Shown piece after piece: positions 57,410 through 64,000 of a stretch of DNA of 64,000 bases. The stretch comes from Eledone cirrhosa (Eukaryota), in the NCBI GenBank assembly GCA_964016885.1, contig OZ024747.1:3472001-3536000 (forward strand). The letters run 5' to 3'. The notes below the pieces were generated by a model that ran no database searches, was not told the DNA's origin, and worked only from the letters and a program-made list of their open reading frames with translations. The position numbers and the translations under genes were made by a program. The first letter of the stretch is position 1. Every line of letters starts with the position of its first letter.

Positions 57410-59149
57410 TCTAACCCATGCTAGTGTGGAAGAAAGACATTAATTGATGATGATGATGTATACATATATATATACATATATACATATATATATATATATA
57501 TCATTTGATAACAACATACAATATTTTCCATCTTAAATAGACTATATACTGATATTCAACAATTCTACACACTGGACTATATATAGATGCTAGGTGGAAC
57601 TCAATCAGCCATACCACTCGTCATAGATTTGGACAACGAAAATGATAAATGTGCCAAGATATTTTCTATTTCCTTTTTATTTATAAGTATTCTAGGAATT
57701 AAAAATATTTAGAAATGAATGTTTATGTTAAAAATGACGATTTATTAAAGTATAACTGTAGCTGAAATATGTATCAAAATATTTTGTGTTGACATACCCA
57801 GCCTCACTTCCTGCCACTGATATTGGCAACTAAAGACTCATTAGCAATTAATCTATCATGATAATTGTTTCTACTTTTGGCACAAGGCCAGCAATTATTC
57901 CAGTGTATTACTGGTACTTTATTTTATCGACTCCGTAAGGTTGAAAGGCAAAGTTAACCTCGGCAGGATTTGAACTCAGACCATAAAGGGCCGTAACTCT
58001 TTGCTGCAAAGCATGGCATCAGACCCTCTACCAATACTGCCAACGCACCACCGTATCATGATGATGTCCCTTGGTAGCAATCACTGAGTTGAGAGAGTTT
58101 ACTTGGGAGCTAATACTCTCACCCACTGTTACATCTCCCCTAGAGTAGTTGGTGACAAGAAGAACATCCTGTCATAAGAACCATGTCAATAAAGAAAGAA
58201 CTAATAGAAGTATTGACTCAACAAGACTCAACAACGGCAACTTATCAAGAAGTGTAGAAGCTAATACAGTGTATGGGCTTCTTTTTGGACTGGGTTGTAT
58301 GTTGTGTTCTTGAGCAAAACATTTCATTTCATATTGTTCCAGTATAATTAGCTGACAATGAGTAGCAGCAATATCTGGGTGTTTAACCCTGTGAAAGACT
58401 AACGTCCTGTCCAGGGGGAAGTCTTGTACTGTCAGTCAGTTAATGCCATGGAAATTGGGATAAACACCGGCTTGATGACTCTCTGGGTTTGAGATAGACT
58501 TTAGACTTTTTAGACAACAATAAATAGCTCCCAAATCTAGCACAGTGTAGTAGAGTTAGTTTAGTCAGGCTTGACTATCTCTCTTTTGTTGCTGGAATAA
58601 TAGAATGCCACCAGAACAAATATAGTACCAATCTGATGAACTTCCAAGCCTGAGACAGACTTTTTAGACTACAGTAGATCCAAATAAAAAGCTAACACAG
58701 TGTAGTAGAGTAAGTTTAGTCTTGGTTGACTATCTCTGTTTTGTAACTGGAATAATTATAATTAAATACACAGTTTACACCAGGAAGAGATTATATACCG
58801 ACCAATGCTTATGGATTGACCAGTAGTTATGGTTTTACCATGAGTTTAGACCACAGTCACACACTATACCACATGATTAATGCCAGGAATTTGAATACAT
58901 TCTCATTATATGCATTGTAAATTTCTACAAGACATTCAACAGCATAGACAGAGATAGCATCTGGAAGTTATTGTGCATTATCATAATACCCTACAGGTTT
59001 GTAAATATCCTACATAAACGTCACACTGAAGTAATCACATAGTAAGGATTAGCTCAAGCAAATTGCCTGCATTCATCTTTACTACTTCAATACTTTATTG
59101 GGAAAACATCTTTATTTTATTTAATGTTGTTCAACCCTGAGTGATGTGT

Positions 59150-60690
59150 AATACTGTAATACTGCAATATATCTAATACCATGATATATCTAATACCGTG
59201 ATATATCTAATATAGTGATATATCTAATACTGTGATGTATCTAATACTGTGATATATCTTATATTGTGATATATCTAATACTGAAATATATCTAATATTG
59301 TGATATATCTAATACTGTGATATATCTAATACTGTGATATATCTAATACTGTGATGTATCTAATACTGTGATATATCTTATATTGTGATATATCTAATAT
59401 TGTGATATATCTAATACTGTGATATATCTAATACTGTGATATATCTAATATAGTGATATATCTTATATTGTGATATATCTAATATTGTGATATATCTAAT
59501 ACTGTGATATATCTGATATTGTGATATATCTAATACTGTGATATATCTTATATTGTGATATATCTAATACTGAAATATATCTAATATTGTGATATATCTA
59601 ATACTGTGATATATCTAATACTGTGATATATCTAATACTGTGATGTATCTAATACTGTGATATATCTTATATTGTGATATATCTAATATTGTGATATATC
59701 TAATACTGTGATATATCTAATACTGTGATATATCTAATACTGTGATATATCTAATACTGTGATGTATCTAATACTGTGATATATCTTATATTGTGATATA
59801 TCTTATACTGAAATATATCAAATATTGTGATATATCTTATACTGAAATATATCTAATATTGTGATATATCTAATACTGTGATATATCTAATACTGTGATG
59901 TATCTAATACTGTGATATATCTTATATTGTGATATATCTTATACTGAAATATATCAAATATTGTGATATATCTTATACTGAAATATATCTAATATTGTGA
60001 TATATCTAATACTGCAATATATCTAATACTGTGATATATCTAATATTGTGATATATCTAATACTGTGATATATCTAATATTGTGATATATCTAATATTGT
60101 GATATATCTTATACTGAAATATATCTAATATAGTGATATATCTAATACTGTGATATATATAATACTGTGATGTATCTAATACTGTGATATATCTAATACT
60201 GCAATATATCTAATACCGTGATATATCTAATACTGTGATATATCTAATACTGTGATATATCTAATATAGTGATATATCTAATATTGTGATATATCTAATA
60301 CTGTGATATATCTGATATTGTGATATATCTAATATTGTGATATATCTAATACTGTGATATATCTAATATAGTGATATATCTAATATTGTGATATATCTAA
60401 TATTGTGATATATCTAATACTGTGATATATCTAATATAGTGATATATCTAATATTGTGATATATCTAATATTGTGATATATCTAATACTGTGATATATCT
60501 AATATTGTGATATATCTAATATTGTAATGTGTAATATTGTAATGTGTAATATGTGATATATCTAATACTCTGATATATCTAATATTGTAATGTGTAATAT
60601 TGTAATGTGTAATATTGTGATGTGTAATATTGTAATGGGTATTATTGTGATGTGTGTAATACTGTGATGTGTCTAAAATTGTGATGTTTT
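59150..60690. repeat. 17-bp minisatellite (gatatatctaatactgt)
   Basis: About 90 units, degenerating at both ends. Confidence 0.96.
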
Positions 60691-60710
60691 TAAATGTTTT
60701 TACTGCATAT

Positions 60711-60781
60711 CGAATGTTACACGTTTCACAGGTGGTTGGTTCAAAGTCTTTATTGATGTGCTCATCAGATGTGTGGATTCA
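60711..60781 (-). ncRNA. HHR-like core (family E), weak stem I
   Basis: cacat-CTGATGA-gca...tgt-GAAA-cgtg-TA/acattc. Confidence 0.4.
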
Positions 60782-61100
60782 TATCAAAACATTTTCATCT
60801 CTACTCAAGATCAGGATGTTCTATAATAAGGATGTGTTTTAAAACCTCTCCATGGTACATAGTTTTCAGGGCTCAACTTCAGAAAGGAGTATATAATGTA
60901 GGTTATTCAGCAATTTTGTTGATTACTAGAAGTGGCACCAATATGAGCACTCAATGTTATATCATCATCATCATCATCATCATCATCATTATCATCATCA
61001 TCACTGTTTAATGTCCATTTTTCCACGTTAGCATAGATTTGACTATATATACTATGCCTGATATGATGTAGTTTTACTTAAATTTCGTTTTTTGTATATC

Positions 61101-61198
61101 AAATGTTACATATGTTTCACAGATCATTAGCTTAAGGTTTTTACCAATGTGATAGACATGACACCAGTATAAATCTGCTCATCAGTTGTGTGGATTCA
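61101..61198 (-). ncRNA. HHR-like core (family E), palindromic stem III, weak stem I
   Basis: CTGATGA-gcagat...atctgt-GAAA-catatg-TA. Confidence 0.5.
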
Positions 61199-61639
61199 AA
61201 ACAAAACATCTGGAGTTGTCGATGTTATTTATTCCAAAGTCAGTCTTCATTGAGTAGATCCATGATCAAAAGTATTATAGATAGTAACTATCTCCTCTAT
61301 TATCCAGATACAATCAGTGATAGAAATGGAGGGAGATATGTAGAAGGGGTTGGTACATTCCTCTCCATTTAGTCTCCAGTTTATATCTAATCCCTATAGT
61401 TATTGGCCAATAGAGACTTTATTAACTATCCTTTGTCTAGTTTTTATCAATTAAAACATTCTTTTATTTTCTATAATAATATTCATGTATTTTGCTCAGC
61501 TCTCATGAATAACTCGTGTATTAAGATATGCTAACTTGTAAACTGACGCTAATGTTATAGTCAATAAATTTATGAATAAACCAAAAAACTTTTTTTTAAT
61601 TTATTTTACCAAATTATACATAATTACACTTATCTAGTG

Positions 61640-61755
61640 AAGGCATGTAGTTCAGTGGTTAGAAAGCTTGACTCCCAATTGTGAGGTTGTGAGTTTGATT
61701 CCTTGACTGGACAATATATGTTCTTGAGCAAAACACTTTATTTCATGCTGCTCTT
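61640..61755 (+). mobile_element. Old tRNA-derived SINE head (relative at 58290-58500)
   Basis: agtggttaga..gaggttgtgagtttgattcc..ttcttgagcaaaacactttatttca. Confidence 0.7.
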
Positions 61756-62069
61756 TCTGCTAGGAGTTGTAACCAGCAGATAGTATCAGCAATGGAAATA
61801 CCAATGAAAACATTGTTTCCTTGGTCCAATGAGTTCCACCTTACTCAAAAAGTGAGTAAGGTTTGAAACCTTGTCAATAGTCTCCTTTTTTTACACTTAC
61901 CTATATTTAAGTTTCTAATACAATGTCATTAGATTCTTCATACCCAGTGTATATAGGCTTGCAATAGCTCTGAAATATACCATATACCAAGAAATGTTTC
62001 ATGAGATAGTGTGGTTTATAGAATTTACAAACCCTCACTCCAAATCTCAGCCTCATAGACCTTAGAAAA

Positions 62070-62210
62070 TGCAGGCCCCAGTGGACAGAATAGAGAAGGC
62101 GTTTCTCTGGAGGTTGGTCAGAGAGACACAATAGAAAAGTCATTCCAGCTTGCAAGGTTCACACCTGTGGTTAGCCAAGTCCGTGCCGATGATGGTGAGT
62201 CAGGAGGTGG
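62070..62210 (-). mobile_element. CRE-like fragment
   Basis: Reverse complement matches 20953-21090 (ccacaggtgtgaacct..aagctggaatg; ccttctctattctgtcca). Confidence 0.7.
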
Positions 62211-62211
62211 T

Positions 62212-62682
62212 GTTTTGTCCAACACTCTACAGATACTGCTGATCTACCACCATTTCTGATACTAAATAATTGTTTCTACTATTGGCACAAAGCCAGCAAT
62301 TATCCCAGTACATTACTGGTACTTTATTTTATCGACCTTGTAAGGATGAAAGGCAAAGTTAACCTCGGTGGGATTTGAACTCAGAATGGCAAGGGCCGTA
62401 ACTCTATATGTCAAAGCATGGCGTCCGACCCTCTACCGATTTGATACTAAATAATTATTTCTAGTATAGGCACAAGACCAGTAATTTGGGGGAGGGGAAA
62501 GTTGATTAAATCGACCCCAGTATGTTACTTATGCTTTATTTTATCGACCCCGTAAGGATGAAAGACAAAGTTAACCTCGGCAAGATTTGAACTCAGACCG
62601 TAAAGGGCCACAACTCTATGCTGCAAAGCATGGTGTCCGATCCTCTACCGATACTGCCAATCTACCTCCCTTTCTGATACTA
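62212..62682 (-). mobile_element. Tandem Nin-type SINEs separated by tgatactaaata repeats
   Basis: Two near-complete copies plus a head fragment. tgatactaaata occurs at 62257, 62442 and 62675. Confidence 0.85.
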
Positions 62683-63027
62683 AATATTGAATATAAAACA
62701 GTAATTTAAACAAAAGATATGATGTCGATGTGTATTTAAAACTGTATGTACATAAACCAAGTTTGTGTTTTCCAGTCTTGAGTTCTATTTTAACTGTAGT
62801 AACTATATCGTTGAATAACTGTGTTGCTTTAATTTACAAGTGTGTTTAAGTTGTGTGTGTTTAAGTTGTGTGTGTTTTAGATGCGTGTGTTTAAGTTGTG
62901 TGTGTTTAAGTTGTGTGTGTTTAAGTTGTGTGTTTTAGATGTGTGTTTAATTACTAGAAAAGAATCTCACTATTTTGGGACTATTGTATGTTTTCTCTTG
63001 TGTGTATATCTTCAGTTGCTTTTGTAT

Positions 63028-63683
63028 TTGTTGTTGTTGTAGTGGTAGTGGTGGTAGTGGTGGTGGTGGTAGTGGTAGTGGTAGTGATAGTGGTGGTGGT
63101 GGTAGTGGTGGTAGTGGTGGTAGTGGTGGTAGTGGTGGTAGTGGTGGTAGTGGTGATGGTAGTGGTGGTGATGGTGGTGTTGGCGTTGGTGGTGGTAGTG
63201 GTGGTAGTGGTGGTGGGGGTGATAGTGGTGGTGGAGGTGATAGTGGTGGTGGTGGTGGTGGTGGTGGTGGTGGTAGAGGTGGTGGTGGTGGTGGTGGTGG
63301 TAGAGGTGGTGGTGGTAGAGGTGGTGGTGGTGGTAGAGGTGGTGGTGGTAGAGGTGGTGGTGGTGGTGTGGGGGGGTAGAGGTGGTGGTGGTGGTGGTGG
63401 AGGTGGTGGTGGTGGTGGTGGTGGTGGTGGTAGAGGTGGTGGTGGTGGAGGTGGTGCTGGTGGTAGAAGTGGTGGTGGTGGTGGTGGTGGTGGTGGTGGT
63501 GGAGGTGGTAGAGGTGGTGGTGGTGGTGGTGGTGGTGGTGGTGGTGGTGGTAGAGGTGGTGGTGGTGGTGGTGGAGGTGGTGGTAGAGGTGGTGGTGGTG
63601 GTGGTGGTGGTAGAGGTGGTGGTGGTGGTGGTGGTGGTGGTGGTGGTGGTGGTGGTGGTGGTGGTGGAGGTGGTGGTGGTGGA
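63028..63683. repeat. (GGT)n tract
   Basis: The poly-Gly and poly-Val ORFs here are artefacts. Confidence 0.96.
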
Positions 63684-63855
63684 GTTTAGGATCAGATTTG
63701 ATCTGGTGGTTGTTGTTGTTGTTTCACTGTTGTAATTCCTTTCTAACATTCCAGGGTTGTTACTTCTTGATTCATTAAATACTGAAGTTTTTTTTAGTAT
63801 TGGAGGGTGGGAGGGGAGAGGAGGCAGTGATAGAAGGGGAGGGGGAGAAGGAGGA

Positions 63856-64000
63856 GGGAGATATATATGGGAGGGGGAGTGAGGAAGTGAGAGAGAGAGA
63901 GGGAGATATATGTGGAAGGGGGAGTGAGGAAGTGAGAGAGAGAGAGGGAGATATATATGGGAGGGGGAGTGAGGAAGTGAGAGAGAGAGAGGGAGATATA
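63856..64000. repeat. 45-bp purine-rich minisatellite running off the window end
   Basis: gggagatata at 63856, 63901, 63946 and 63991. Confidence 0.9.

Noticed and set aside
61901-62155. Minus-strand ORF near a perfect AG|GTAAGT donor
   Set aside because: The upstream part is CRE-like and SINE sequence, and the ORF stops before the donor.

Overview
This is AT-rich, repeat-dominated eukaryotic DNA. I infer a coleoid cephalopod (Octopus-like) intron or intergenic region from the (TA)n/(CA)n expansions, RTE LINEs with (GAT)n tails and the tRNA-derived SINE types. No intact protein-coding gene is visible. Nearly all long ORFs in the track are microsatellite or satellite translation artefacts, and the real coding fragments are decayed non-LTR retrotransposons (RTE, CR1, CRE-like, R4/Dong-like). 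Other contents are two SINE families, piggyBac-, mariner- and hAT-type MITEs, a 12.7-kb 16/18-bp satellite with 200-bp and 3565-bp higher-order periods, and a 17-bp minisatellite. The most interesting hidden layer is about 14 complete, degenerate or truncated type I hammerhead-ribozyme (HHR) motifs in at least five short non-coding repeat families. These often sit in fold-back arrangements typical of Penelope-like elements (PLEs) or retrozymes. Several share compensatory stem II changes and an invariant C-C mismatch at stem II position 4. Also present are TA-centred palindromes, templated junction duplications, a CCAAT/octamer/CTCF motif cluster and a candidate 30-nt microexon. All pairings and alignments were done by eye.
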